A stretch of DNA of 64,000 nucleotides from an uncultured Pseudomonadota bacterium (GCA_963798115.1 CAWCRT010000003.1:44209-108208), one strand, 5' to 3'; shown: positions 1 to 10,624, counted from the stretch's first letter. Numbers and translations are program-made. Notes: generated by a model from the sequence alone, not told the origin.

Positions 1-1318
1 CAATGCGCGTCTGCGGCGCGTGCGGCCTGGGGCCAACGACCGACATTTCGCCGCGCAGCACATTCAGCAGCTGAGGAAGCTCGTCGATGCTGAATTTACG
101 CAGCCATCTGCCGACCCGCGTCACGCGCGGATCGTCGCGGGAGGTTTGTTTGACGGACATCAGATCCGAGGCGTTCACAGCCATCGAGCGGAATTTAAAG
201 ATCATGAATTGCTGATTGTTCAGCCCGTTCCGCGGCTGTCGAAACAATACGGGGCCGGGCAAATCCAGCTTGATGGCCGCCGCCACGATGACGAACAGAA
301 TCAGGAACGGGACCAGCACGGTGAGGCTGAAAACAATGTCGAAAGCCTTCTTTTGGATCATTTGCCATTCATCCAGGGGGCGGTGCTGCAGCACCATGAA
401 CGGCAGCGCCCCGATGGTTCGCAGCGGCAGCTGCATCTCCGGATCGCGGATCAGGTATGGCGTGACAAATATATCCGCCGGCACACTGCGGAATCTCCAG
501 GTAATGCCGGGAATATGGCTCTCTGCGCCAAGATCCGGAGGGAAAGCGATGATAATTCCATCGAGTTTTGCTTTTCGGCTCAACCGGATCAGGTCGTCGA
601 TGGAGCCGTCCGTGGGGATTTTGGCCGGTTGGCCCATATCGTCGCAAAAGATTCCTGCGATCTTGATGCCGTCGGGCGAATTGACGCAAAGCCGCTGCGC
701 AATTCTTGAGGCATGGCTGTCATGACCGATGATGGCAATTTTGGAGGTAAGCCTTGGTTCGATGCTGGGGTGATGCAGGACGAAAACAACAAAGCCATGG
801 GCGATGATCAAGGAGATGGCGACCGTCACCATCCATATGCCCGTGGTCCGCAATAAGGTTGGCTCATGCCATCCCAGCCCCAGCCATTTGAAAATCGCGG
901 CCTGAACCAGGCCGGCCAATATGAGGGCGGGCATAATGGAACGGAGTTGCTGAATGAGTTCCCGCCTGAAGCGCGCATGGGGAAGTTGGCGCGTCGGTGA
1001 GGCGAGGAAAAACAACAGGATCGTCACGAGATCCGGCAGTGCCTGTTCAGCGGCATGCGGGTGGCTGAGCAGGTCATTGCTGATCCAGGCGGCAATGCAG
1101 GTTGCGCCGATGACCGTCAGATGATCGATCCATTTGATCAGCCAAACGCGCACGGAATTGCGCCGCGCCGGCGCGGCTGTGGAAACAATCCCGTTATAAT
1201 CTACGAAATTCCGATGGCGCGAAGCTTGTGCCGGAAATGCGCCGGGCGTCGTAGCCGTTGAGCGAATGCCAAGCGTTTCTGGTGGCGGAATTGAAATATA
1301 TTGCCCGTCATCATTCAT
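1..1318 (-). CDS. Exopolysaccharide polyprenyl glycosylphosphotransferase (priming sugar transferase), C-terminus runs off the window
   Basis: Manual reverse translation is open from ATG at 1316-1318 (GGAGG upstream) to base 1. It contains ...FRQPRNGLNNQQFMIFKFRSM...DDPRVTRVGRWLRKFSIDELPQLLNVLRGEMSVVGPRPH, the bacterial sugar transferase signature. Absent from the ORF track because there is no stop inside the window. Confidence 0.85.
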   Translation of the reverse strand, partial: MNDDGQYISIPPPETLGIRSTATTPGAFPAQASRHRNFVDYNGIVSTAAPARRNSVRVWLIKWIDHLTVIGATCIAAWISNDLLSHPHAAEQALPDLVTILLFFLASPTRQLPHARFRRELIQQLRSIMPALILAGLVQAAIFKWLGLGWHEPTLLRTTGIWMVTVAISLIIAHGFVVFVLHHPSIEPRLTSKIAIIGHDSHASRIAQRLCVNSPDGIKIAGIFCDDMGQPAKIPTDGSIDDLIRLSRKAKLDGIIIAFPPDLGAESHIPGITWRFRSVPADIFVTPYLIRDPEMQLPLRTIGALPFMVLQHRPLDEWQMIQKKAFDIVFSLTVLVPFLILFVIVAAAIKLDLPGPVLFRQPRNGLNNQQFMIFKFRSMAVNASDLMSVKQTSRDDPRVTRVGRWLRKFSIDELPQLLNVLRGEMSVVGPRPHAPQTRI

Positions 1319-1766
1319 AGAGCCTCCTTCGCGTATCTTCGGAGCGTGATATCGCTTGGATCGTGGACAAAGCCGGGGGCAAAGCGGGCTCAAGCCCACC
1401 CAAGAGGGAGCCGGCTTTCGAAACAATTTGCCTAAACAATTTGCTTATTTATTGGTTTTATGGATTATTAATTAGATGCGCCAATTTATGCATTAAACGC
1501 GCGACAACGTCAATCATTTCGAGATAACAATAATATGATGATTTTCCAGAGAAAATTCACGCCTAAATGAAATGTAATGGCTAGGCGTCCGGTTTGGTGT
1601 TAGCAACGGATTTGGATACAGCTTAAGAGATATGCCCTTCAGCGTCATTCGCGCAGAATTTTTAAAATTTTTATATTAAGCGTGATTTTTTGGAATCAGT
1701 CGCTGGTCGTGTGCGGTCCGGGGAAGGAGACGGATGATTTAGCAAAAAGCGTTAGGCCCCTGGCTC
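1319..1766. promoter_or_regulatory. AT-rich divergent intergenic region between the priming transferase and the polymerase/GH5/GT genes
   Basis: Visibly AT-rich compared with the flanking coding DNA. Tandem direct repeat AAACAATTTGC at 1421-1431 and 1434-1444. No credible ORF. Confidence 0.4.
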
Positions 1767-2993
1767 GTGGTTTTCAGTGCCATCTTCAATGTCTTTTTAT
1801 GCTTCGTCAGCACACGGCATTGGACGGACATTGGGAGTAGCGAGGTGATCATCGTTGAAGCGGCGATTCTGGCGGCCGGGGCGTTTCTCATCCGCAAGCG
1901 CATTACCAGCGAGTTTCTGCAGGTCACGTTCCTGCTCGTCACCTATTTGGTCGCGCTCAAGCTGATCAATCCCGGGGCGGATCTCAAAATACTGCATGAC
2001 ATCGCGATCATGTATATCTTCTATAAGCTTGGCGCATCGGCCTCGATCGAGACGGGAAACAGAACGCTTTGGGCGGTCATGATCGTCGTTCTCGGCCTTG
2101 GCCTTTTTGAGCTTCTCGACTTGCGGGCGTTCGGCAAGGTTTTTGATGTGTGGTCATATTATGTCGACAAAGGCGCGCTCGGGGAGGATGTCGTCAATTA
2201 CGCGAACACGGCTTTGTTCGTCAGCGCCAATCGCGCCACCGCGGACATGCGCACCTTCCTGCCTGGGCTCTTGGGGGCGCATCGTGTGTCCTCGATTTTC
2301 CTCGAGCCCGTGTCGCTGGGGAATTTCGCGGTCATTACGATGGCGTGGTGTCTGAGCACGTCCGTGGGAAAGCCTTGGAGCCGTGCGCTTTTAGCCGCTT
2401 GTGCGGCATTTTGTGTTGTTCTGGCGGATTCCCGCTTCGGCGCCGCCTGCTGCCTGATGCTGCTGGTCTGCCGGCTGGCATCGCTCCGGTCGGATCTCCT
2501 GGTGTTGTTGATTCCCATTCTGATCCTGATGGGTTTGGTCGTCATCGGCACGGTGGACGGCATGCCGCACGACGCCGTGCCGTATATCATCGACGACAAT
2601 TTTTCCGGAAGATTGCTGTTCTCGGCCAGGCTGCTGGGGTGCTGGGACCCTGGGCAATGGCTGGGTTGGACGGCGTCTGACGTCTATACCGCCGATACAG
2701 GCTATGCGTATCTGATCAATGGGGTCGGTCTTCCATTCGCCTTGCTCCTGCTCTTCCTGTTCGCCGCCAACCGAGTGGCCACAGAAGAAGCGGTGCGGAT
2801 GAAAATCATGATTTCAATCTATTTTGCGGCGGCACTTTGCATCGGCGCGTCGGTCTTCACGATCAAGACGGGTGCGTTGTTATGGTTCTTATATGGCACG
2901 ACCAATGCCGTCGCCGTTACGGCAAGACACCGGGTTCGCCCTGTGGGAGGGCAGTCGCGCGCCGCCCGGCCGGTGGCCAACCAGAATGCTTAG
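1767..2993 (+). CDS. Polytopic membrane protein, O-antigen ligase/EPS polymerase-like
   Basis: 408-aa ORF with many hydrophobic helices, placed between the priming transferase and the glycosyl hydrolase/transferase genes. Start codon uncertain (GTG 1767 or later). Confidence 0.55.
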   Translation: MVFSAIFNVFLCFVSTRHWTDIGSSEVIIVEAAILAAGAFLIRKRITSEFLQVTFLLVTYLVALKLINPGADLKILHDIAIMYIFYKLGASASIETGNRTLWAVMIVVLGLGLFELLDLRAFGKVFDVWSYYVDKGALGEDVVNYANTALFVSANRATADMRTFLPGLLGAHRVSSIFLEPVSLGNFAVITMAWCLSTSVGKPWSRALLAACAAFCVVLADSRFGAACCLMLLVCRLASLRSDLLVLLIPILILMGLVVIGTVDGMPHDAVPYIIDDNFSGRLLFSARLLGCWDPGQWLGWTASDVYTADTGYAYLINGVGLPFALLLLFLFAANRVATEEAVRMKIMISIYFAAALCIGASVFTIKTGALLWFLYGTTNAVAVTARHRVRPVGGQSRAARPVANQNA

Positions 2994-4011
2994 CATGAAA
3001 CATAGGCCGGTGCGGTGGCTGTTCCGCTGCGGCCAAATGCTGGTCATGGTTGTGGCGTTGGCTTTCTGCCAGGAAGCGGCGGCGCAAAGCCTGAAAGGCG
3101 TGAATTTTGCCAGCCCGGCATTTTTTCCATCCCGTCTTCCCGGCCTGTATGGTCAGGATTTCATATATCCCAGCGATGCCGACATTGCGTATTTCACCGG
3201 CAAAGGAATGAATGTTTTCAGGATCTCGATTCTTTGGGAACGCCTCCAACCTTCCCTGAACGGGAAGCTGGATCCGGGGGAGCTCGGCAGGCTCGCCAGC
3301 TTCATCGACGAGGTCGATCGGCATGGTCGCTATACGATCATCGATATCCATAATTATGCGCAGTACCGCGGTGTTATGATCGGGCAAAGCCCGGTGACCG
3401 ACGCCGCTTTCGCCGATCTTTGGACGCGGCTCGCGCGCCATTTTGGCCACGACGATCATGTGATCTTCGGGTTGATGAACGAACCGAAAGTCCAGCAAAT
3501 CGGCGCGTGGCAACAGGCCGTGCAAAAATCGATCGACGGCATTCGTAGCACCGGCGCGCGCAACAGGATTTTCGTGTCCGGCATTGCCTGGGACGGTGCC
3601 GCGCATTTCGCCGAAATCAGCGGGGATTTACTCGCCGCCCTGGTTGATCCGCAACATCGATTGGTCTTCGAGGTTCACACTTATTTCGATTCGGATTCTT
3701 CCGGCACGAGCGAATCCTGCATCTCCTCGCGCGAAGCAGTGGGACGGCTTACGGAATTCACGCAATGGTTGCGCGCGGGACAGAGGCAAGGTTTTTTGGG
3801 CGAGTTCGGCGTGAGCCGGCGGCCGGAATGCCTGGCCGTGCTCAAGAGTGTCGTATCCTATCTCCAGAACAATGAAGATGTCTGGCTGGGATGGACATAT
3901 TGGGCGGCCGGTCCCTGGTGGGGAAACTACATGTTTAGCATTGAGCCTGAGGCGGGTGCGGACCGGCCGCAGATGCTGGTTCTGGAAAATTTCCTGCACC
4001 CATCGTCTTAG
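2986..4011 (+). CDS. Secreted glycoside hydrolase family 5 endoglucanase
   Basis: Motifs NVFRISILWERLQP, IIDIHNY, FGLMNEP (acid/base Glu) and LGEFG (nucleophile Glu). Signal peptide MKHRPVRWLF...AAAQS. The ORF track start at 2824 overlaps the preceding gene, so ATG 2986 or 2995 is preferred. Confidence 0.85.
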   Translation: MLSMKHRPVRWLFRCGQMLVMVVALAFCQEAAAQSLKGVNFASPAFFPSRLPGLYGQDFIYPSDADIAYFTGKGMNVFRISILWERLQPSLNGKLDPGELGRLASFIDEVDRHGRYTIIDIHNYAQYRGVMIGQSPVTDAAFADLWTRLARHFGHDDHVIFGLMNEPKVQQIGAWQQAVQKSIDGIRSTGARNRIFVSGIAWDGAAHFAEISGDLLAALVDPQHRLVFEVHTYFDSDSSGTSESCISSREAVGRLTEFTQWLRAGQRQGFLGEFGVSRRPECLAVLKSVVSYLQNNEDVWLGWTYWAAGPWWGNYMFSIEPEAGADRPQMLVLENFLHPSS

Positions 4012-4128
4012 CAAATCCCATGCGGCTGGTGGCTTTTTCACGGTTGAAATAAGCCGATGTGAAAGGGGGAGAGGCATGATCATCGGCAAAATCGCAGGTG
4101 ATAGCGAATGCTCTGAGGCGCCGCCGGC

Positions 4129-5202
4129 ATGAAAGTCCTGATGGTTAGCGGTTCCTGGCCACCGGAGCCTTGTGGCGTCGGGGATTATGCGAGCCGGCTT
4201 TCAGATGCCCTGGAGGATGTCGGCATAGATCTGCTCCGCTTCGGCGGCGGGCAGGCGCTGCGCATGCGCAATCTGCATCAGTCGCTCGGGCAGGTGCGCA
4301 ATCTGGCGGCGGATATTATTCATTTGCAATACCCGACAATGGCATATGGCAGATCGTTCGCCCCGCCTTTGTTTGCAATGCTGGCGAGGGTGCCGGTTGT
4401 TGTGACCCTGCACAAGTTTGACGGTTTTCGCTTCTACCGGCTTCCCTGGTTTCTTCCCTACGCCATGTCCGTCGATGCGCTGCTGTTCACCACGCCATCC
4501 GAGCGCGATGCCTTTCGCCGCCGGCTCCGTCGCGTCCCGGCTGTGAACGAGATCATCCCGATCGGCAGCAACATTCCCGCAGCGCCCGAGCAGCCGCGTA
4601 GGCCTCGTTCCGTCTGTTACTTCGGCCTCATCATGCCGGATAAGGGGTTGGAGAAATTCATCGAGCTGATGCAACGTCTTGCGGGGCAAAATTTCGCCTT
4701 CACGGTGATCGGTTCCATCCCGCCGAAATGGCGCGCCTATGGCGAAGAGATCGCGACCAAAATTCGTGCCCTCGGCGGCCGGATGGTCATGAATGCGGCA
4801 TCGGATGTCGTGGCGCTGCAATTGCGGCAGAACCGCTACATCTATCTGCCGTTCCCGGATGGTGCAACGGATAGGCGTGGTTCGCTTCTGGCGGCTTTGG
4901 TGAACGGAATCACGGTCCTCGCGCCACTGACGGACATATCGCGCCCTCCCATCACGGACTATGTTGTCCATGCCGGCACGCCGCAAGAAGCGGCCGCCTT
5001 GTTGCTGGAATTCGAGGATGGCCGCCGCGCTCGGCAGGAGGGGGCACGGTTCACGTCGGTTTCAGACTATGACTGGCATACGATCGCGCTGCGGCATCAG
5101 CATGTCTATGAAACCGTGCTGGCGCGCCGAAGCGCGCCTCGCGCATCTCCCGCCGCCGCTGACAGCGCAGCGGCAACGGAAGATGCTTCGAACGTTAGTT
5201 AG
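4129..5202 (+). CDS. Glycosyltransferase, GT-B fold (family 4-like)
   Basis: N-terminus MKVLMVSGSWPPEPCGVGDYASRL is typical of GT4 enzymes. Located in the EPS gene context. Confidence 0.8.
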   Translation: MKVLMVSGSWPPEPCGVGDYASRLSDALEDVGIDLLRFGGGQALRMRNLHQSLGQVRNLAADIIHLQYPTMAYGRSFAPPLFAMLARVPVVVTLHKFDGFRFYRLPWFLPYAMSVDALLFTTPSERDAFRRRLRRVPAVNEIIPIGSNIPAAPEQPRRPRSVCYFGLIMPDKGLEKFIELMQRLAGQNFAFTVIGSIPPKWRAYGEEIATKIRALGGRMVMNAASDVVALQLRQNRYIYLPFPDGATDRRGSLLAALVNGITVLAPLTDISRPPITDYVVHAGTPQEAAALLLEFEDGRRARQEGARFTSVSDYDWHTIALRHQHVYETVLARRSAPRASPAAADSAAATEDASNVS

Positions 5203-6260
5203 GGGATCAGGCGGTCAGCGCGCAGCCGCGTGAATAGTTCAACAAACGCGTCGTCAGTTGGCTGGTAGTCCCTGAACCCAAGACGGCGGCTTTTCGACAT
5301 ATCGGTCACCACCTCGATCGGGCGGCCCAGATCCGCATCGGTGTGCCAGGGCGACGCCAACAGGCCAAGATCGGGCTCTGCCAAGCCGTCCCGTTCGGCG
5401 ACGCGGCGCCAGAGTGCGGCATCGCCTTCCATCTGTTGCTCGAGCGGGCGTATGGTGCCGTCAAACGGTGCGGCCTTCACCCCGAACCAGTCGGCAAGCC
5501 GGCTCCACATCCAGTTCCAACGAAAGACGTCGCCATTCACGACATTGAAGGCTTCGTTGGCCGCCGCGGGAGTCGTTGCCGCCCACAGGAGGTGCTTAGC
5601 GAGCAGGCGTGCGTCCGTCATGTCGGTCAGCCCGTTCCATTGCGCGGCCGAGCCGGGGAATGTGAAAGCCTGGCCCTTCTCGCGGCACAAAGTTGCGTAA
5701 GCCGCCAAGGTCGTTCCCATGTTCATCGCGTTGCCGACCGCTTTGCCGATCACGGTGTGCGGGCGATGAACGCTCCACGTGAAACCATCACGCGCCGCGG
5801 CGGCGAAAAGCTCGTCTTCCTGGTCATAGTAGAAATTCGCGATCTCAAGGCGCTTCTGCTCTTCGCGAAAGGGCGTCTGTGGCAGCGCGCCTTTCCCATA
5901 AGCCTCAAACGGCCCCAGATAATGCTTCAGCCCGGTCACCAGCGCGACATGGCGCGGCCCAGAGGGCTTCTTCAATCCGTTGAGGAGATTCCTGACCATG
6001 GCGGAATTGACGCGGATATTCTCCGCCTCGTTCGCCTGGCGGAGCCAGGTGGTGATGAACACAGCATCAGGATCGATGCCGGTCAGCGCCGCCGCCGTGG
6101 CGCCAGCATCCTGAAGGTCGGCGACGACCGGGTGGACAGAAGCCTGCGATGTCGGCCGGCGGGCAAGGCCATGCACCGTCCAGCCTTGTTCAATCAGCAA
6201 CTCCACCGCCGCACCGCCAACAATCCCGCTGGCGCCGACCACTAAAGCCGTTTTAGCCAT
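5199..6260 (-). CDS. NAD(P)-dependent SDR-family oxidoreductase (extended SDR, epimerase/5-beta-reductase-like)
   Basis: Rossmann motif ALVVGASGIVGGA near the N-terminus. About 353 aa from MAKTAL. Confidence 0.75.
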   Translation of the reverse strand: MAKTALVVGASGIVGGAAVELLIEQGWTVHGLARRPTSQASVHPVVADLQDAGATAAALTGIDPDAVFITTWLRQANEAENIRVNSAMVRNLLNGLKKPSGPRHVALVTGLKHYLGPFEAYGKGALPQTPFREEQKRLEIANFYYDQEDELFAAAARDGFTWSVHRPHTVIGKAVGNAMNMGTTLAAYATLCREKGQAFTFPGSAAQWNGLTDMTDARLLAKHLLWAATTPAAANEAFNVVNGDVFRWNWMWSRLADWFGVKAAPFDGTIRPLEQQMEGDAALWRRVAERDGLAEPDLGLLASPWHTDADLGRPIEVVTDMSKSRRLGFRDYQPTDDAFVELFTRLRADRLIP

Positions 6261-6360
6261 TTCAAACTCCAATCTGTTCTGCCCATGAGGTAGGGAGGCA
6301 GAAGCCTTATTCCAGATGGCGCCATTGCCCGGCGCGCGTTTGGGCTAACAAATAGAGGGC

Positions 6361-7722
6361 TCAGCCAGATCGCCGCACGGGCCGCAAACCCGTTCGAACT
6401 TCCTCCGCGAACAATTGCGGTTGCTCCCATGCCGCGAAATGTCCGCCTTTATCAGGCCGGTTATAATAAATGAGGTTGTGATAGGCCTGCTCGGTCCAGC
6501 TCCGCGGCGCCTGATAATTCTCGCGGGGAAAAACGCTGACGGCCGTCGGCACGGATACGTCCGCTGCCGCGGTAAAGTTGAGGTGAGACTCCCAATAGAA
6601 ACGTGCCGCGGAAATTCCGGTATCGGTCAGCCAATAAAGCGTGACGTCATCGAGCAGATCGTCGCGCGTCAGTGACCCTGCCGATTCTCCATTGACCTTA
6701 TGTCCGAACACCGCCGATGTCAGCGCTGCGGCCGGCTGCACATACACGTCGCCATGATCGAGCATCCAGGCGGCGAGCGCCACGGGCGAATCCGACAGCC
6801 CATACAATGTTTGCGGGCGGGTCCCCATCTCCTGCGCGTAGGCGCGTCGGCTCTTTGCCGCGCTGGCCAGTTGTTCGTAGGCCAACCGCTCGTCCGCCGA
6901 GAGGCTGGCGGGTGGCGGATCGCCGTCCTGGAGTGCCTTCACAATGCCGGGCGGTACGGTCGCGGGGAAGTTGACGTGAATGCCGATCAGCTCCGGCGGT
7001 GCCTGCTTGGCCATGACATTGGCGACGACGCCACCCAGATCACCACCTTGTGCGCAAAACCGGTCATAGCCAAGGCGCTTCATCAATATCACCCAGGCAC
7101 GCGCCGTGCGTTCCGGGCCCCAACCGGTCGTCGCTGGTTTGCCGGAGAAGCCATAGCCCGGCAATGATGGGATCACCAGATGAAACGCATCCGACGCGCT
7201 GGCGCCATAGGCGGTCGGGTTGATCAGCGGATCGATGATCTTGAACTGCTCGATGACCGAACCCGGCCAGCCATGTGTGATGATGAGCGGCATCGCATTT
7301 TCATGTTGCGAGCGCATGTGGATGAAGTGAATGTCGAGCCCGTCGATCTGGGTGAGGAAATTCGGCATGGCGTTCAGCTTCGCCTCGCATTTGCGCCAAT
7401 CGTAATCCGTCCCCCAGGGACGTGCGAATTCCTGGATCATCGCGAGCGGCACGCCTTGGGAATCGTCGGTAACCGTCTCGCGTTCAGGCCATCGCGTCGC
7501 TTGGATGCGTCGCCGCAGATCGACGAGCTGCGCTTCTGGCGCATGCACATGAAGCGGACGAACCGCGTTAGGGGCACCGCTCGTCGCCGGTGCGACTGAG
7601 ACAATGCTCTCGCTCGTCTCTGCCGCAGCGCGCCTCCTCAATAAGGCCGAAGCGACGGCTACCGCAGCGGTGCCAATAACTAGGCGGCGCGACGGCAATT
7701 GGGGGAGGGTGTGGTCTGACAT
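6361..7722 (-). CDS. Epoxide hydrolase family protein (EHN N-terminal domain plus alpha/beta hydrolase), Tat-type signal
   Basis: SRRLVIGTAAVAVA signal, HGWPGS motif, and the conserved N-terminal epoxide hydrolase region (RPLHVHAPEAQLVDLRRRI...RWP). Confidence 0.8.
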   Translation of the reverse strand: MSDHTLPQLPSRRLVIGTAAVAVASALLRRRAAAETSESIVSVAPATSGAPNAVRPLHVHAPEAQLVDLRRRIQATRWPERETVTDDSQGVPLAMIQEFARPWGTDYDWRKCEAKLNAMPNFLTQIDGLDIHFIHMRSQHENAMPLIITHGWPGSVIEQFKIIDPLINPTAYGASASDAFHLVIPSLPGYGFSGKPATTGWGPERTARAWVILMKRLGYDRFCAQGGDLGGVVANVMAKQAPPELIGIHVNFPATVPPGIVKALQDGDPPPASLSADERLAYEQLASAAKSRRAYAQEMGTRPQTLYGLSDSPVALAAWMLDHGDVYVQPAAALTSAVFGHKVNGESAGSLTRDDLLDDVTLYWLTDTGISAARFYWESHLNFTAAADVSVPTAVSVFPRENYQAPRSWTEQAYHNLIYYNRPDKGGHFAAWEQPQLFAEEVRTGLRPVRRSG

Positions 7723-7886
7723 GGGATCTCCGATGGGCCTGTTCGAAACGGAACGTGCGATTTCAGAACGGTGCGCTGCGCGTGAGCCGCGTGAGATCGG
7801 CGTGAAATTGAGATCGCCGATATCCGGCCAGGCAACCCCGGACGTTTCAAGCGTCTATTCGTTGTGCCAATAGACGCGTGTCTTTT

Positions 7887-8954
7887 TTAAAAGGATCGTG
7901 AATTGTTGACGTCGATCACGGCCTGGGCGAAGGCTTGCGGCGCTTCCTGAGGCAGATTGTGGCCAACGCCGCCTGCGATGAGCCGGTATGAGTAGCTGCC
8001 CGAAAATTTGTCGCGATAGGCGGCGGCTTCCGGGTGCGGCGCGCCATTGGCGTCGCCTTCAAGGGCGATTGTTGGAATTGTAACGACCGGAAAGCGCGCG
8101 AGTTTGCTTTCGAGGCGATCATATTTTGCTTCGCCTTGCGTAAGGCCAAGTCGCCAGCGGTAGTTTTGAATCACGATGTTGACATGGTCAGGGTTGTTGA
8201 AGGCGGAAGCCGTGCGGTCGTAGGTGGCGTCGTCAAAATTCCATTTGGGCGAGGCGAGATGCCAGATGAGCTTGTTGAAATCATGCCGGTATAAATCGTA
8301 TCCCGCTTGGCCCCGCTGCGTCGCGAAATAATATTGATACCACCAGCCGAGTTCAGCTTTTGGCGGCAACGGGGTCTCGTTTGCTTTTGGGCTGCCGATT
8401 AGATAGCCGCTGACGGTGACCATCGCGTTGCAACGTTCTGGCCAGAGCACGGCAATCACGTTAGCCGTTCTGGCGCCCCAATCGAAGCCACCGATGGTTG
8501 CCTTGTCGATTTTGAGCGCATCCATCAAAGCGATCATATCGACGGCGAAGACCGATTGCTGGCCATTCCGCGCCGTCTCCGTTGAAAGAAAGCGTGTCGT
8601 GCCGTAACCGCGCAGATAAGGGATGATCACCCGATAGCCGGCTGAGGCCAGCAGCGGGGCCACCTGAACATAACTATGAATATCGTATGGCCAACCATGC
8701 AGAAGAAGGACCGCGTGGCCGTCGGCGGGGCCCGCTTCAGCATATCCGACATTCAGCACGCCGGCATTGATCTGCTTTAATGAATTGAAGGAGGCATTTA
8801 TCTCCGGGCGATTCGTGGGCGTCGTTTTTTCTCCGTTGGATTGTGCGTTGGCTGATCCGATGATGCTGAATTCGGCGGCAACCGTTGCGGCGGCAATGCC
8901 GAGCAGCCGCCGACGATCCTGGTTGATCGTCTCCGCATTCGTGATGCTGTTCAT
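7887..8954 (-). CDS. Alpha/beta hydrolase (epoxide hydrolase/dehalogenase-like), Tat-type signal
   Basis: RRRLLGIAAATVAA signal and LLLHGWPYD motif. Confidence 0.8.
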   Translation of the reverse strand: MNSITNAETINQDRRRLLGIAAATVAAEFSIIGSANAQSNGEKTTPTNRPEINASFNSLKQINAGVLNVGYAEAGPADGHAVLLLHGWPYDIHSYVQVAPLLASAGYRVIIPYLRGYGTTRFLSTETARNGQQSVFAVDMIALMDALKIDKATIGGFDWGARTANVIAVLWPERCNAMVTVSGYLIGSPKANETPLPPKAELGWWYQYYFATQRGQAGYDLYRHDFNKLIWHLASPKWNFDDATYDRTASAFNNPDHVNIVIQNYRWRLGLTQGEAKYDRLESKLARFPVVTIPTIALEGDANGAPHPEAAAYRDKFSGSYSYRLIAGGVGHNLPQEAPQAFAQAVIDVNNSRSF

Positions 8955-8971
8955 TGGTGTGTCTCCTCGTT

Positions 8972-9430
8972 TTAATCCTGGTCCGGAAGCGACATGCGCT
9001 CCTGATCAGGATGACAATCACGTGAAGCCTGAACGAGGGGCGGCAATCGAGATGGGCAAGGCGAACTCACGCGCCTGCTTGTCGAGGCTAGAGGCGCGGC
9101 GAAGCTACGCTGAATCAAGGTACGAAGGTTTGCGTCGAGTTCTGGGATGCCGCAAATTTCGATCAAACTGCTGTCATCGCCAGGATCCAGATCCTGCACA
9201 AAACACATGGCACGCCCCGCATGCATCATCGCGGTGATTTTTGCCATATCCGCGGAATTTAAATTCAACTTGAATGCCAGAGGCCGCATCGTTGGTCTTA
9301 TCTGCTGCGTTCCTGGTTGCGTTGCCTCCGTTGAGTTCGAGGGAGAAGCGGGCTGAGCCAGGCAGTGCGCACCACTCATGAACAAAGCCAAGCCGGCACC
9401 AGTCATGATGGGGAAGTTCTTGTACAGCAT
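8972..9430 (-). CDS. Hypothetical secreted protein
   Basis: N-terminal signal-like MTGAGLALFMSGAHCLAQP. Sits directly upstream of the hydrolase gene on the same strand. No recognisable domain. Confidence 0.4.
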   Translation of the reverse strand: MLYKNFPIMTGAGLALFMSGAHCLAQPASPSNSTEATQPGTQQIRPTMRPLAFKLNLNSADMAKITAMMHAGRAMCFVQDLDPGDDSSLIEICGIPELDANLRTLIQRSFAAPLASTSRRVSSPCPSRLPPLVQASRDCHPDQERMSLPDQD

Positions 9431-9700
9431 GGGATGTCTCCTATGGAGTCGTGAGGTGCAAGACTGAGAAACGCCCGGCAGTTAAAGACTGGTCTTCGCG
9501 TCGCGAGACAATCATTTCACCAGTAAGGGTGGGTCCGACAGGTCATCTCGCGAGACCGTAGCCACAGTGCTCACATCTGTTCACCGGATCTCGTATCTAA
9601 AACGTGGTACACCACTGCCTTGGCTTTGTGGTACACCCTCCCACGGTTCGATTGAATGACTATCGTTCGGCATTCAGTATTTCAGGATGCGGAAGAACCG

Positions 9701-10624
9701 ATGGATCGCATCGACGCTATGAAGATCTTCGTGGCCGCGCTCGACGAAGGCAGTCTTGCGGGGGCGGGCCGCAGACTCGGACGCTCGCCGGCTGCGGTGA
9801 GCCGGGCCGTGGCCTTTCTAGAAGACCGTGTCGGCGCGCCGCTCCTCCATCGCACGACACGTTCGATCAGGTTGAGCGAAGTGGGTGAACGCTATGCCGG
9901 CGCCTGCCGGCGTGTGCTCGCCGAACTTCTGGAGGTCGATATACTGGCGGAAGGGGAGGGATCGGCCCCACGTGGCACGCTGACCCTGACAGCGCCTGTC
10001 ATGAGCGGCGAGGAAATCCTGCGTCCGATCCTGGATGCTTTTCTCGACACTTTTCCAAAGATATCGGCGAAGCTTTATCTGCTCGACCGGCAGGTCAATC
10101 TGATCGATGAAGGCGTTGATGTTGCGTTGCGGATTGCGCATTTACCCGATTCATCAATGGTGGCTGTGCGGGTCGGTGAGGTCCGGCGGATCATTGTCGC
10201 AGCACCTTCCTATCTCGCCCGCCATCCGCGCATTGCCGAACCTGAAGATATCTCGAAACAGCAGATCATCGCCATGACTCAATTCGGCTGGGACGCATGG
10301 AGCTTTCCCGCAGCACCCGGAACGACGATGGCGCGCACGGTACATTTCACGCCGCGTATCGTGGTCAATAGCGTTCGCGCGGCGGTTGCCTCGGCCTCCG
10401 AAGGGCATGGCGTGACGCGGCTCTTGTCCGATCAGGTCGCGGCACATTTGCGGGACGGAAGGTTGCGGATCGTACTGAGTTCCGCCGAGCTTCCGCCTTT
10501 GCCGGTCCATATCGTCACGCCGGAGCGCCGGCTGTCGGTTCCGAAGGTCCGTGCATTCGTGGATTTTGCCGTGCCGCGCTTGCGCACACAGTTTGCGCGG
10601 CTGGTCGTGAATGCCCAGGATTAA
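9701..10624 (+). CDS. LysR family transcriptional regulator
   Basis: HTH region MDRIDAMKIFVAALDEGSLAGAGRRLGRSPAAVSRAVAFLE and a LysR substrate-binding domain. ATG 9701 preferred over the track start 9656. Confidence 0.85.
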   Translation: MDRIDAMKIFVAALDEGSLAGAGRRLGRSPAAVSRAVAFLEDRVGAPLLHRTTRSIRLSEVGERYAGACRRVLAELLEVDILAEGEGSAPRGTLTLTAPVMSGEEILRPILDAFLDTFPKISAKLYLLDRQVNLIDEGVDVALRIAHLPDSSMVAVRVGEVRRIIVAAPSYLARHPRIAEPEDISKQQIIAMTQFGWDAWSFPAAPGTTMARTVHFTPRIVVNSVRAAVASASEGHGVTRLLSDQVAAHLRDGRLRIVLSSAELPPLPVHIVTPERRLSVPKVRAFVDFAVPRLRTQFARLVVNAQD

